DNA from: Myxococcota bacterium
Lineage (GTDB): Bacteria > Myxococcota > JAJVIH01
Assembly (NCBI GenBank): GCA_022072125.1
Contig: JAJVIH010000018.1
Coordinates: 27,868 to 91,867, forward strand
Reading direction: 5' to 3'
Length of the DNA stretch: 64,000 nucleotides
The stretch's first letter is position 1. Each line of letters opens with the position of its first letter. Made by a program: the position numbers and the translations under genes. Shown here piece after piece: positions 38,596 to 48,551 of the stretch. The notes below the pieces were generated by a model that worked only from the letters and a program-made list of their open reading frames with translations, did not search any database and had not been told where the DNA came from.

Positions 38596-40416
38596 ATGCC
38601 TGCCAGCCCGGTGGTCAATTACAATACGGAATTTCTCTGTGAGCTTCTGATCCGCCAGCGGTTATTGACGGAGCAGCAACGCAAGGAAGTCTTCACCCAC
38701 GAAGCGCAGATGCGCGCCAAAATCATGCGAGCCCGCCAAGGGACCAGCCGCGGCAGGCGCTCCGCCGCCCCCATGATCAACATCAGCCCGGTGGAGATCA
38801 TCGCCGCGTTCAATTTCCCGATGCCCGATAACCCCAACCGCACCATCACCGAAGATCGCATCATGGAGGCGATCGCCCGCGAGGAGCGCATCCCCTACCA
38901 GAAGCTGGACTCGTTGCGGCTCGACAACAAGGCGGTGACCGGGGCGCTGTCCGGCAAGTTCTGCCGCCGCCATACCCTGATACCGGTCGCGGTGACCGAT
39001 CAGGAACTGACGCTGGCGGTCAGCAACCCTTTCGATACCGCCGCGCTGGAGGAAGTCCGCCGGTCGTCTGGAAAGGCCATCCGCTACATCCTCTCCTCGC
39101 CCACGGACATCAACCGGATCATCAACGACTTCTTTGGATTCCAGCGCAGCGTGAAGGGCGCCGAACTGCGCATGAAGGAGGGTCCGGACCTCGGCAATCT
39201 GGAGCAGTACATCAAAATCAAGGGCGTCGAGGAGATTGACCCGACCGAAAAGCCCATCGTCAGTCTGGTGGAGTATATGTTCCACTTCGCCTTTGATCAG
39301 GGCGCCAGCGACATCCATATCGAGCCCAAGCGCGAACACAGCGAATTGCGCATGCGCATTGACGGCATTCTGCACACGGTCAACAAATTCAACCGCGTCA
39401 TTCATCCCGCCGTGGTCGGGCGCATCAAGACCATGGCGCGTCTGGACATCGCGGAAAAACGCAAGCCGCAGGATGGCCGCATCAAGGTCGCGCGGGGCGA
39501 CCGCGAGGTCGAGTTGCGTATTTCCACGCTGCCGGTGGCCTTTGGCGAAAAGGTGGTCATCCGCGTGTTTGATCCGGAGATTCTGATCCAGGATTTCGAC
39601 AAGCTGGGATTCTTCCCGCGCGAACGGGAGATTTACGAAACCTGGCTGAACCAGCCCAACGGCCTGATCCTGGTCACCGGCCCCACCGGATCGGGTAAAA
39701 CCACCACGCTGTATTCCTCGTTGCGGCTGGTGGCCACGCCGGATGTCAACGTCACCACCATCGAAGACCCCATCGAAATGGTGTGCGAGGAGTTCAACCA
39801 GACCGCCGTCAACCCCAAGATCGGTCTGACCTTTTCCGCCGCCCTGCGCAATATCCTGCGTCAGGATCCGGATATCATCATGGTGGGCGAAGTGCGCGAC
39901 CCCGAAACCGCCGAGAACGCCGTGCAGTCGGCGTTGACCGGCCACCTGGTGCTGGCCACCCTGCACACCAACGACACCCCCAGCGCCATCTCGCGCATGA
40001 CCGAACTGGGGGTGAAGCCCTTTCTTCTCGCCTCGGTGTTGCGCGGGGTGATGGCCCAGCGCCTGGTTCGCCGCATCTGCATGGAATGCATCACCGACGG
40101 CGTGTTGACGGAAGAGCAGATCACCTCGCTGGACATCCAGATTCCGGAAGGCATGCCGCGCGAATTGCCGGTGAAATTCGGCGAGGGCTGCCCGGAGTGC
40201 CGGTTCACGGGTTACCGGGGCCGTACGGCGATTGTCGAGGTCATGCCGATCAGCCACAAGGTCCGGAAAATGATCAACGACAATATTGACGCCAAGGAAA
40301 TCATGAAGGTGGCGCGCGCCGACGGCATGATGACGCTGCGCGAATGCGCCATCAAGAAGCTGGCGCATGGCGTGACCACTTTCGAGGAGGTGTTCCGCGT
40401 CACCGCGGATTCATAG
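38596..40416 (+). CDS. GspE/PilB-family secretion ATPase (type II secretion / type IV pilus assembly ATPase family)
   Basis: Walker A LILVTGPTGSGKTTTLYSSL, Asp box, Walker B DIIMVGEVRD, His box ATLHTND, C-terminal CxxC...CxxC (CMECITDG...CPECRFTGY). No platform/secretin/pseudopilin genes adjacent. Confidence 0.8.
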   Translation: MPASPVVNYNTEFLCELLIRQRLLTEQQRKEVFTHEAQMRAKIMRARQGTSRGRRSAAPMINISPVEIIAAFNFPMPDNPNRTITEDRIMEAIAREERIPYQKLDSLRLDNKAVTGALSGKFCRRHTLIPVAVTDQELTLAVSNPFDTAALEEVRRSSGKAIRYILSSPTDINRIINDFFGFQRSVKGAELRMKEGPDLGNLEQYIKIKGVEEIDPTEKPIVSLVEYMFHFAFDQGASDIHIEPKREHSELRMRIDGILHTVNKFNRVIHPAVVGRIKTMARLDIAEKRKPQDGRIKVARGDREVELRISTLPVAFGEKVVIRVFDPEILIQDFDKLGFFPREREIYETWLNQPNGLILVTGPTGSGKTTTLYSSLRLVATPDVNVTTIEDPIEMVCEEFNQTAVNPKIGLTFSAALRNILRQDPDIIMVGEVRDPETAENAVQSALTGHLVLATLHTNDTPSAISRMTELGVKPFLLASVLRGVMAQRLVRRICMECITDGVLTEEQITSLDIQIPEGMPRELPVKFGEGCPECRFTGYRGRTAIVEVMPISHKVRKMINDNIDAKEIMKVARADGMMTLRECAIKKLAHGVTTFEEVFRVTADS

Positions 40417-40434
40417 GCCGGTTGCGGGCGGCCG

Positions 40435-41460
40435 TTAACCCAGCATCTTGTGCTGGACCATGTATTCGGCGATCTGCACCGCGTTCAGCGCCGCGCCCTT
40501 GAGCAGGTTGTCAGCGACGATCCACAGGTTCAGGCCGCTGTGGACGGTTTTGTCCTGGCGGATGCGGCCCACCAGCACCTCCCATTTCCCGGCGCTTTCG
40601 GTGGCCAGGGGATAGGCCTTGGACGGCGGATCATCCATCAATTTCACGCCCGGCGCGGCGGAGAGAATGTCGCGCGCCTCCTCGGCGCTCACCGGATATT
40701 CAAACTCCACGTTCACCGATTCGGAATGCCCGTAGAATACGGGAATGCGCACGCAGGTGGCGCTGACCTTGATATGCTCATCCCCCATGATCTTGCGGGT
40801 CTCGTTCATCATCTTGTGTTCCTCGCCGGTGTAACCGTCGTCCTTGAACACATCAATGTGGGGGATGGCGTTGAAGGCGATGGGATGCGGCATGTGGCGC
40901 GGCGTGGGGGCCTTGCCCTTGACGATCTCGTCAATCTGTCCGCTCAGTTCGTCAATGCCTTTCTGTCCGGCGCCCGACACGGACTGGTAGGTGGAAACCA
41001 CCACGCGCCTGATCTTGCCGTGCTTGTGGAGCGGCTGCAACACCACCACCATCTGGATGGTCGAGCAGTTGGGGTTCGCGATGACGCCGGTTTTACGGAA
41101 CTGGGCGATTTTGTCCGGATTGACCTCGGGCACGACCAGCGGAACATCCGGGTCCATGCGGAACGCCGACGAGTTGTCAATGGACGGACAACCGTGCTTC
41201 CATGCCAGTGGGCAAAACTCCTTCGACACGGACGAGCCGGCGGAGAACAGCGCCACGTCCACGCCCTTGAAGGCGTCCCCGGTGAGTTTCTGGACGGGAA
41301 TGTCCTCCCCGCGAAACCGCACGCTCTTGCCCACGGATTTTTCCGACGCGAGCGGAACCAGCCTGCCCACGGGAAACTCCCGGCGTTCGAGGGTTTCAAT
41401 CATCCGGCGCCCGACCGCGCCGGTGGCGCCCGCGACAGCAACGACAAAACGCTTGCTCAT
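40435..41460 (-). CDS. asd: Aspartate-semialdehyde dehydrogenase
   Basis: VAVAGATGAVG NAD(P) loop, active-site NCSTI, and ...GHSESVNVEF. Full-length match to Asd. Confidence 0.9.
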   Translation of the reverse strand: MSKRFVVAVAGATGAVGRRMIETLERREFPVGRLVPLASEKSVGKSVRFRGEDIPVQKLTGDAFKGVDVALFSAGSSVSKEFCPLAWKHGCPSIDNSSAFRMDPDVPLVVPEVNPDKIAQFRKTGVIANPNCSTIQMVVVLQPLHKHGKIRRVVVSTYQSVSGAGQKGIDELSGQIDEIVKGKAPTPRHMPHPIAFNAIPHIDVFKDDGYTGEEHKMMNETRKIMGDEHIKVSATCVRIPVFYGHSESVNVEFEYPVSAEEARDILSAAPGVKLMDDPPSKAYPLATESAGKWEVLVGRIRQDKTVHSGLNLWIVADNLLKGAALNAVQIAEYMVQHKMLG

Positions 41461-41633
41461 GGTGATTCTCCCGCCCCGCCGTGGGGCTCAAACCGGCGGG
41501 AGACATAGGACCATCGGGCGGTCCGGTCAAGCGGAAATCATGGCGGGGGGGACTTCAATCCCTCCGTGGATATCTCCATTGCTCTTGATGGGGTTCTGTG
41601 CCATCACTCCATCCATCAACCGGATGGGAAACC

Positions 41634-42683
41634 ATGGCTGAAATGCTGAATCCGCTGGCGGATGCGGTGCGCGCCCACCTGAAACGGGAAACCGGCGGGG
41701 CCGTGACCATTCACGCCCTGGGTAAACTGCCCGGCGGCGCCTGCCAGGACAACTGGAAACTCGACGCGGAATTCAGCGCGGGCGAACTGCAAGGCCGCCG
41801 CCGGCTGGTGTTGCGCGCGGACGCCCGCCAGTCCCTGCCCGGCAGCATCTCCCGCGCGGACGAATTTCAGGTCATCCGCGCGGCGCGGGCCGCCGGCGTC
41901 GCCACTCCCGCAGCCCGCTTTCCAGCCCAGGACCTGACCCGTCCCGGCGCAACCTCGTATTTTCTCGACTGGGTGGAAGGTGAAGCCATTGGGCGCCGGG
42001 TGGTCCGCAACCCGGAACTGGAGAACGCCCGCGCCAGGCTGCCCGTTCAACTCGCGGAAAATCTGGCGCGCCTGCATTCGATCACGCCCGCTTCCGCGCC
42101 AGAAGTGGGTTTCGCCAGCCGGGGCGGAGAACGCGCGCCCCCCGATCCGGTTGCGGACATCATGGAGTTTCTGCGCCGCATGCTCGACGAGATGAAGGAA
42201 GTCCACCCCGGGCTCGAACTGGCCGCGCGCTGGCTGGAGGATCACCCGCCGGAGAACCGCGAGGTCACGCTGGTCCACGGAGATTTCCGCACCGGCAATT
42301 TCATGGTCACGCCAGACGGTTTGTCAGCCATTCTCGACTGGGAATTTTCCCGCTTTGGCAACCCCTGCGAGGACTTGGCGTGGATCTGCGTGCGCGACTG
42401 GCGCTTCAACCGGCTCAACCTGCCGGTGGGCGGATTCAGCCGCCGTGAGCCCTTTCTGGAAGCCTACGCCCGGGCCAGCGGCCGCCATCCTTCCACCCAT
42501 GATCTCTTGTGGTGGGAGGTGCTGGGCAATGTGCGCTGGGCGGCTGGCAGCGTGTACCAGGGCGAGCGGTTCCTTTCGGGCGAGGAGAACGACATCGAAT
42601 ATATCGCCATCGCCCGCCGCGCGGTCGAGATGGAATGGGAAGCGTTGCGCCTGATTGAAAACGCCCAGGGCGCCGGAGGTTGA
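41634..42683 (+). CDS. Phosphotransferase enzyme family protein (APH/choline-kinase-like)
   Basis: Catalytic LVHGDFRTGNFMV (HGDxxxxN) and ILDWEFS (DxE/DWE) motifs. Start set to MAEMLNPL. Confidence 0.7.
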   Translation: MAEMLNPLADAVRAHLKRETGGAVTIHALGKLPGGACQDNWKLDAEFSAGELQGRRRLVLRADARQSLPGSISRADEFQVIRAARAAGVATPAARFPAQDLTRPGATSYFLDWVEGEAIGRRVVRNPELENARARLPVQLAENLARLHSITPASAPEVGFASRGGERAPPDPVADIMEFLRRMLDEMKEVHPGLELAARWLEDHPPENREVTLVHGDFRTGNFMVTPDGLSAILDWEFSRFGNPCEDLAWICVRDWRFNRLNLPVGGFSRREPFLEAYARASGRHPSTHDLLWWEVLGNVRWAAGSVYQGERFLSGEENDIEYIAIARRAVEMEWEALRLIENAQGAGG

Positions 42684-42684
42684 T

Positions 42685-43092
42685 ATGCAGGATCGTCCCT
42701 CACCCGATGTATTGCTGGAAGCGGTCGCGGGTTTTCTCGCGGGCGATGTTCAGGCGGCGATCACGGACAAGGGCCTCCAGTTCCGCGTGCTGATCGCCGC
42801 CAACCTGGCGGGCGTCGTCGCGCGGGAAATCCGCGAGATGGAGCCGCAGAGCCAGGCGGAAGCCGCGCGCCTGATGAAGCTGTTGGGCCGCGAGGGCGGA
42901 CCGCCCGCGGAACTGGGCGAACGCATCGGGGCCATCCGCGAGATGAACGGCGAACTGGCGCGGCTGATTCGCGGGCGCGGCCTGAACGCGGACCAACTGC
43001 GCGAAGCCATGGCGCACTGCAAGCAAACCTTGCAGGAGAAGTTGGAAGTGGCCAACCCGCGCTTTGACCTCAACCAACAGATTGAGCAGTAA
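42685..43092 (+). CDS. DUF6285-like small protein commonly paired with APH-family phosphotransferases
   Basis: Starts 2 nt after the kinase stop. Helical 135-aa protein. The family call is from memory of a conserved gene pairing. Confidence 0.4.
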   Translation: MQDRPSPDVLLEAVAGFLAGDVQAAITDKGLQFRVLIAANLAGVVAREIREMEPQSQAEAARLMKLLGREGGPPAELGERIGAIREMNGELARLIRGRGLNADQLREAMAHCKQTLQEKLEVANPRFDLNQQIEQ

Positions 43093-45289
43093 CCAGGCCT
43101 GACAGCGCCTCGCGTTGCCAGTTCTTGAGTTCATCCATGCTCAGGGCCTCGTAGGCTTCCTCCAGCGAGATGTCCCCATTCATGGCCTTGCCCAGGGCGT
43201 CCGCCACCAGCGAACGGTTGGGGCTGGTTTCGATGGCGTCGAAGGCCTCAAGCTGTTTGGCCTGCCTGGCCTGTTCGCGGCGGCGATCATAAGCGGGAGC
43301 CCACAGCTCGAAGAGGCTGATGCGCCCGCGCGAGCCCCGGAAATTGCAGCGTTCGCATCCCGCGCCGCGCCAGAACCGCGCCTCCGGCGGAGCGCCGCGC
43401 GGAAAGAACTCCTTCACCATGGCGGGATCGGGCGAGATCTGCGTTTTGCACCCGGGACACAACCTTCGCACCAGCCGCTGGCTGATCACGAACAGCAGGG
43501 AATCGGCGATCAGGCTGCGCATGCCGCCCATGTCTTCAAGCCGGTTGACCACGCCGCGCGCGTTGTTGACATGCAGCGAACTCAACACCAGGTGACCGGT
43601 CATGGCGGCTCGAAGAGCGGTTTGCGTGGTGGGTTCGTCGCGGATCTCGCCGACCAGGATGACATCTGGATCCTGCCGCAGGAAGGCGCGCAGGAACACA
43701 TCGAAGCTATTGCCAATGGCGGGATTCACCATGCTCTGCTGGATGCCGTCCACGTAGCGTTCAATCGGGTCCTCCGCGGTCATGATTTTCATTTCACGGG
43801 CCAGCAGATGCTGGAGCAGGGAATAAAGCGTGGTGGTTTTTCCGGAGCCGGTGGGTCCGGTGACCAGGATCAGGCCGTGGGGACTGTCGAGCAGGCGCAA
43901 CAGGTACGCCAGGCCGGCCGGGTCAATGCCCAAATCGCCCACCTGCAGCATCGCCGCCGCTGGATCCTGGATGCGCAGCGCCGCGTTTTCCCCCCATGCG
44001 GTGGGCTGGATGGAGACGCGGATTTCCCGTTCCCGCCCCATCAGTTTCTCGCGCATGCCGCCATCCTGCGGACGCCGCCGCTCGCTGATGTCCAGGTCCG
44101 ACTGAATCTTGATGGCGTTCATGAGCGGCCGCACCGTCGCCGGATTGAGCCGCGACGTGTTGAAGCGCGTCATGCGGCCATCCACCCGGAAGCGCAGGTC
44201 CACGTGGTGCTGAAAACTTTCGATGTGGATATCGCTGGCGCGCTGTTCGACCGCGGCGGACAGGATGGAGCGGAACATCGCGGGACCGCTGATGGCGTCA
44301 TCGCCCAAACGCTCGGCCAATGCATCGGGGAGCGGCAGTCCCGCGGAAATGGCGGCGCGGCATTCGGGGGCCAGGGGGCCGTACAGCGCCTCGGTAAGCA
44401 GACGGATATTGTACGGCGTGGTGATCACTGGAATGGCGAGACGCGCCCCGGCCATCTGTTTGACAAAATCCAGCGACTGGATATCCGGCATGCGTGAAAA
44501 AGCCGTGAACAACAGATCGCCGGTGAGACGCAGGGGAATGAAACCGTCAAACTGCCCGCTTCGCCGTTCAAACACCGGGCATAAGGACGTATCCGCCAGC
44601 GCCAGCAACTCGCTCAGCCAGACGTGAGGGGAGTTGGTCCAGGCGCAGGCCCACTCCATGACGGCCTGATCCTGCAGAAAGCGCCGGGTGGCGAAATCAA
44701 TCCACAGGTTGAGGTTCTGCAGGTTGTCATGGGTGATGGGCTCGCCAATCGCCCGCATGATTTCGGAACGCTGGGCGGCGGTCAGGGCGCCCCGGCGCAC
44801 CAGATAATCGGACAGCGCGGCGTTGCGCGGATGAACCTGCGCGCGCAGTTCTTCCAGACGCCTGACCGCTTCGGTGAAACGGCTGATGGTTTGCAACACC
44901 ACCGGCTGGGTGCGGACGCCATCGCCGGATTCGATGGGGCCGCCGGAAAATCCGGGTTTCGCCACGCCGAAAACCTGGTGTTCAAAAACCGAAACCGGCA
45001 AAAAGCCCCCGGCGGTCCAGGATTCCAGACCGCCGGGCGGCGCGGGATCGATCTCCACGAACAAATCGTTCCATGATAGCCCGAATACTCCCTTGGCGAT
45101 GCATACCGCGCGGCTCAGCTTGCCGGGCGTGACCGCGGGCAGTTGTTGCGCGGCCAGCGGCAGGTTGACCCCCGCCTGCCGGAGCGTCAGCAGATTTTCC
45201 CGTTCGTCCGGGGTGATGGCGCCCTGCGCAAGCAGAAACTCCACAAAGACCCAATCAAATTCATCATGAGACCGCTCTGGGATCAGCAT
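43070..45289 (-). CDS. GspE/PilB-family ATPase with ~350-aa N-terminal extension
   Basis: Walker A LILVTGPTGSGKTTTLYSLL, Walker B DVILVGEIRD, His box SSLHVNN, tetracysteine CPGCK...CERCNF. Start moved to MLIPERSHDEF; the 44 upstream codons are Arg-rich and look non-coding. Confidence 0.75.
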   Translation of the reverse strand: MLIPERSHDEFDWVFVEFLLAQGAITPDERENLLTLRQAGVNLPLAAQQLPAVTPGKLSRAVCIAKGVFGLSWNDLFVEIDPAPPGGLESWTAGGFLPVSVFEHQVFGVAKPGFSGGPIESGDGVRTQPVVLQTISRFTEAVRRLEELRAQVHPRNAALSDYLVRRGALTAAQRSEIMRAIGEPITHDNLQNLNLWIDFATRRFLQDQAVMEWACAWTNSPHVWLSELLALADTSLCPVFERRSGQFDGFIPLRLTGDLLFTAFSRMPDIQSLDFVKQMAGARLAIPVITTPYNIRLLTEALYGPLAPECRAAISAGLPLPDALAERLGDDAISGPAMFRSILSAAVEQRASDIHIESFQHHVDLRFRVDGRMTRFNTSRLNPATVRPLMNAIKIQSDLDISERRRPQDGGMREKLMGREREIRVSIQPTAWGENAALRIQDPAAAMLQVGDLGIDPAGLAYLLRLLDSPHGLILVTGPTGSGKTTTLYSLLQHLLAREMKIMTAEDPIERYVDGIQQSMVNPAIGNSFDVFLRAFLRQDPDVILVGEIRDEPTTQTALRAAMTGHLVLSSLHVNNARGVVNRLEDMGGMRSLIADSLLFVISQRLVRRLCPGCKTQISPDPAMVKEFFPRGAPPEARFWRGAGCERCNFRGSRGRISLFELWAPAYDRRREQARQAKQLEAFDAIETSPNRSLVADALGKAMNGDISLEEAYEALSMDELKNWQREALSGLVTAQSVG

Positions 45290-45324
45290 GGACGCCTCTG
45301 TGGTGCGGGGGGCCGTATCGCGGT

Positions 45325-46065
45325 TCAGTAAGGTTTTTCGCCCACGTAATTGCCGGGAGGAGCGTAGTTGCAGACGGCGTACCAGCGCCCGCTGCGAAAG
45401 CCTTCCAGGCCATTGGGGCATTCGACCATCACACAGCCCACTTCCGTGGTGTCACGCCACACCACCTGCGTATAATGGCCGCATTGCGCTCCCGCGCGGC
45501 ATTTGAGGGCATGATAATCGTAGTCCTTCACCTCTTCCGCCCACAGGGTCACCACGCGGGTGGGAGTCACCCTTTGGGTTCCGGCATACAGATTTTCGCC
45601 CGACTGCACCCCTGCCGGAGACATGGTGTTGGGGTTGTGTTTCCATTTGCACTCCCTTCCCCACGCCAGCGCCTTGGCTTCCATGTCCTTCGACCAGCGC
45701 AGCGGCCCGAGGGGGGGATTGGCGGGAGGATTGGGGCGATCCCGCCGCGCGGCGTTGTGGGCGTCAATCCATTCCTGCTGCTCCGGCGTCAGGCCCGGCG
45801 TGGGCGGATTTCCGGAGTCCGGGGCCGCCGTATCTGGAACACCGGTGTCCGGGCTCCCCGCATCGGCTGGCGGAACACCGGAATCCCTTCCTCCCGGATT
45901 GACCGGCGGCCCCGCCAAATCCGTCAGGCCGCTGTCGCCTGCTCCGCCATCCGCGCCGGTTGAACCGGCGCCGGTGAATCCGCCTTTGGCGGGCGTGTCT
46001 TCTCCGCCGCACGCCACGAATACGGGAACGGAAACGGCGAATAACAACAGGGAGATGCGGCGCAT
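45325..46065 (-). CDS. CAP/SCP/PR-1 domain lipoprotein with Gly/Asp/Pro-rich linker
   Basis: Start at MRRISLLLFAVSVPVFVACGGE (lipobox) with a GGAGG RBS 7 nt upstream. C-terminal CAP domain (HNAARR...GHYTQVVWRDTTEVGC...YAVCNYAPPGN). Confidence 0.7.
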   Translation of the reverse strand: MRRISLLLFAVSVPVFVACGGEDTPAKGGFTGAGSTGADGGAGDSGLTDLAGPPVNPGGRDSGVPPADAGSPDTGVPDTAAPDSGNPPTPGLTPEQQEWIDAHNAARRDRPNPPANPPLGPLRWSKDMEAKALAWGRECKWKHNPNTMSPAGVQSGENLYAGTQRVTPTRVVTLWAEEVKDYDYHALKCRAGAQCGHYTQVVWRDTTEVGCVMVECPNGLEGFRSGRWYAVCNYAPPGNYVGEKPY

Positions 46066-46304
46066 GAAAACCTCCGTCAGCACAGTCGCCCGGGCATGTC
46101 TGGAGCCCGCATTCAACCAGTCTGGCGAATTTCCGCAAGTGGAATTGAAGCAGGACGCTTCCGGACCTGCCTCATGGGCCTGCAAGGCGAGCACCATGCA
46201 AATCAATCCCACCCTCGCCTCCGCCGCCCGCGGCGCGGAGAAACCATCGCGCGCCGGGAGAGAAGCCGGCGGCGACAACATCACCAACCCGGCTGGAAAT
46301 ATGT

Positions 46305-47306
46305 CTACCCGGACGGGCGCACGGCGTTGACGAGGGGACGCTGTTCCTCGAACGCGGTCAGGTTATCCAGCGTGACGGATGCGATATTGTGCAACGCTTC
46401 GCGCGTCAGGAACGCCTGATGGGCCGTGACAATCACATTGGGAAAGGTGAGCAACCGCGCCAGCACGTCATCCTGCAACACGGTATTGGAAAGGTCCTCG
46501 AAGAACACCCCTTCCTCTTCCTCATAGACATCGAGACCAGCCGCGCCGATGCGCCGGGTTTTGAGGGCGCGAATCAGCGCCATGCTGTCAATCAGCGCGC
46601 CGCGTCCCGTGTTGATGATGTACACGCCGGGCTTCATGCGGGAGATCGCGGCGTCGTCAATCATATGGCGGGTGGACGGCGTCAGCGGCACGTGCAGGCT
46701 GATGATATCCGACTCCGCATATACCTCATGCAACCCGGCCTGCCGGAATCCGGGCGCGCCAGCCAGTCCGGTGTGGGGGACCAGATCGTATCCCAGCACG
46801 CGGCAGCCGAACCCCAGAAAGATGCGCGCCGCCGCCTGGCCTATGCGTCCCAGTCCGATCACCCCCGCGGTTTTGCCATGCAGATCAAACCCAGCCAGTC
46901 CGTCCAGCGAGAAATTGCCCTCGCGCACCCGCGCGTGGGCGCGGTGAATATGCCGGTTCAGCGCCAGCACCAGCGCCACCGCGTGTTCCGCCACGGCGTA
47001 AGGGGAATATTCGGGTACGCGCAGAACGGGAACAGCCAGGCGGGCGGCCGCCCGGAGGTCCACATGGTTGAAACCGGCGGAGCGCAACAGCAATACCCGC
47101 GTGCCGCCTGCGTGCAGCTCTTCGAGCACCCGGTCGTCCACCCGGTCGCTGACGAAGGAGCAAACCGCCGGGTATCCCCCGGCAAGGGCCGCGGTTTCGG
47201 GCGTCAACCGCGGCTCCAGGTAGGTAATTTCATGCCGCCCGCTGGCGTTCGCCGCATCAAACGCTTCCCGGTCATACCGCCGGGAATCAAACATCACCAT
47301 GCGCAT
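46305..47306 (-). CDS. ldhA: D-isomer-specific 2-hydroxyacid dehydrogenase (D-lactate dehydrogenase-like)
   Basis: NAD-binding GVIGLGRIGQAAA and catalytic Arg/Glu/His region (...TGRGALID...VTAHQAF). Length and order match LdhA. Confidence 0.7.
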   Translation of the reverse strand: MRMVMFDSRRYDREAFDAANASGRHEITYLEPRLTPETAALAGGYPAVCSFVSDRVDDRVLEELHAGGTRVLLLRSAGFNHVDLRAAARLAVPVLRVPEYSPYAVAEHAVALVLALNRHIHRAHARVREGNFSLDGLAGFDLHGKTAGVIGLGRIGQAAARIFLGFGCRVLGYDLVPHTGLAGAPGFRQAGLHEVYAESDIISLHVPLTPSTRHMIDDAAISRMKPGVYIINTGRGALIDSMALIRALKTRRIGAAGLDVYEEEEGVFFEDLSNTVLQDDVLARLLTFPNVIVTAHQAFLTREALHNIASVTLDNLTAFEEQRPLVNAVRPSG

Positions 47307-47450
47307 GACGTTGGACCTTTGTGTGGATCAGGATCGGGGCGCGGCAAACCGTATCCGTTTCTTGCAAAAAAAATCAGCCGGCCTGACACGGCCGGCGGCC
47401 ATCCCGCGGCGCGGGCGGGTTTCATGTCATCAACAGGCATCAAGCCGTCC

Positions 47451-48320
47451 TCAGTTCACGCCGCCGAATCCTTCCGTGGGGGCCAGCAAGGCCAGCACCT
47501 CCCGGGTCTCCTCTTCATCATCGTGACGGGCGGCCCAGGCCATCAGGTCCTCGCGGGCCCTGGTCATCCGGCCCATGCGCAGGTTAAGCAGGCCCCGGGT
47601 CTTGCGCTCGCAGAGATCATCCGGGTTGAGCAGCAACAGGCGATCCAGCACATCCATCATGCGCGGGTAATCCGAACGGCTGAAGTAGATGGTCTTCAGG
47701 TTGTTGAGCATGCGCGCCACGGTCGCCTGGTTCGAGGCGCGCCGCCGCCAGACATTCAGTTGTCCGGGTTCCTGACCGGCGTATTCCCGGATCATCTCCC
47801 GGCAGTCCCTGTCGGTAACCAGTTTGCCGCCGTTGAAGACATCCACGTATAGCGGATCGGTCTCGCCCACCGCCGCGAGAAAATGCGAGGGGAAATTGAT
47901 CCCGTGCACCGGAAAACCCGCCCTGCGGGCCACTTCGGCGTAGATCACCGTCAGCGAAATCGGAATGCCCGTCCGGTTGTCAATGACCCGGTTCAGAAAA
48001 CTGTTCCCGGGGTTGTAATAATCCTCGTCATTTCCATGAAAGCCCCATTCCGTGAAAAACATGGGGTGATAAATCGAAACAAAATCCTCCGGATCATCCA
48101 CGCCATCGGACAGGGCCTCCTTCAGTTGATCCGCGAAGACATCCAGCAATTCGCTGTAGGGTTCGGCGTCGGCATTGGGAAATTCGATTTCGGCGACGGC
48201 GAACGCTGCTTCCCACAGGCAGGGCACGTCGCGGCGCATTCCGGCGTAGCGGCGGAAACGTTCGATGGGTGTTTCATTGGGCGTTGGCAGAGAGGCGTAT
48301 CCCATGACCGTTCCATTCAA
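47451..48320 (-). CDS. Transglutaminase-like/SirB1 (UPF0162) family protein with C-terminal TPR-like region
   Basis: ...GIPISLTVIYAEVARRAGFPVHGINFPSHFL is a transglutaminase-like core. C-terminal helical repeat. Family call from memory. Confidence 0.5.
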   Translation of the reverse strand: MNGTVMGYASLPTPNETPIERFRRYAGMRRDVPCLWEAAFAVAEIEFPNADAEPYSELLDVFADQLKEALSDGVDDPEDFVSIYHPMFFTEWGFHGNDEDYYNPGNSFLNRVIDNRTGIPISLTVIYAEVARRAGFPVHGINFPSHFLAAVGETDPLYVDVFNGGKLVTDRDCREMIREYAGQEPGQLNVWRRRASNQATVARMLNNLKTIYFSRSDYPRMMDVLDRLLLLNPDDLCERKTRGLLNLRMGRMTRAREDLMAWAARHDDEEETREVLALLAPTEGFGGVN

Positions 48321-48326
48321 GCGCGC

Positions 48327-48551
48327 TCAGGAAACCTTGTAAACCTCCCCCGAAGGATCATCCGGAGCGCCTTCCGGAATATCCCGGGTGAAAGTGACGA
48401 ACGCCATGGCCGGACGCTTGGAGGTGTCCCGCATGGCGAAGTGGATCCCCTCAAAATTCCAGCCCTGGGAGACAAATTCGTTGACGATCTGCTCCAGGGT
48501 TTCATCGGTGACGGTGCTGGTTTCGACAAATTTGAATTTCAGCATGGTCAC
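48327..48551 (-). CDS. Small DUF4177-like protein
   Basis: 74-aa [42 protein letters not shown]. 4-nt overlap with the upstream cobA-hemD gene. Confidence 0.4.
   Translation of the reverse strand: MTMLKFKFVETSTVTDETLEQIVNEFVSQGWNFEGIHFAMRDTSKRPAMAFVTFTRDIPEGAPDDPSGEVYKVS

Noticed and set aside
38401-38596. Possible sigma54 -24/-12 element (TGGCT...GCTGCA) upstream of the first GspE-like gene
   Set aside because: GG-to-GC spacing is off by one and the -12 TTGC is not conserved. Cannot be supported by eye.
38662-40368. 568-aa - strand ORF antisense to the first GspE-like ATPase (and a similar 43115..44497 + ORF antisense to the second)
   Set aside because: Sense strands carry Walker A/B and His-box motifs. 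The antisense ORFs lack any.
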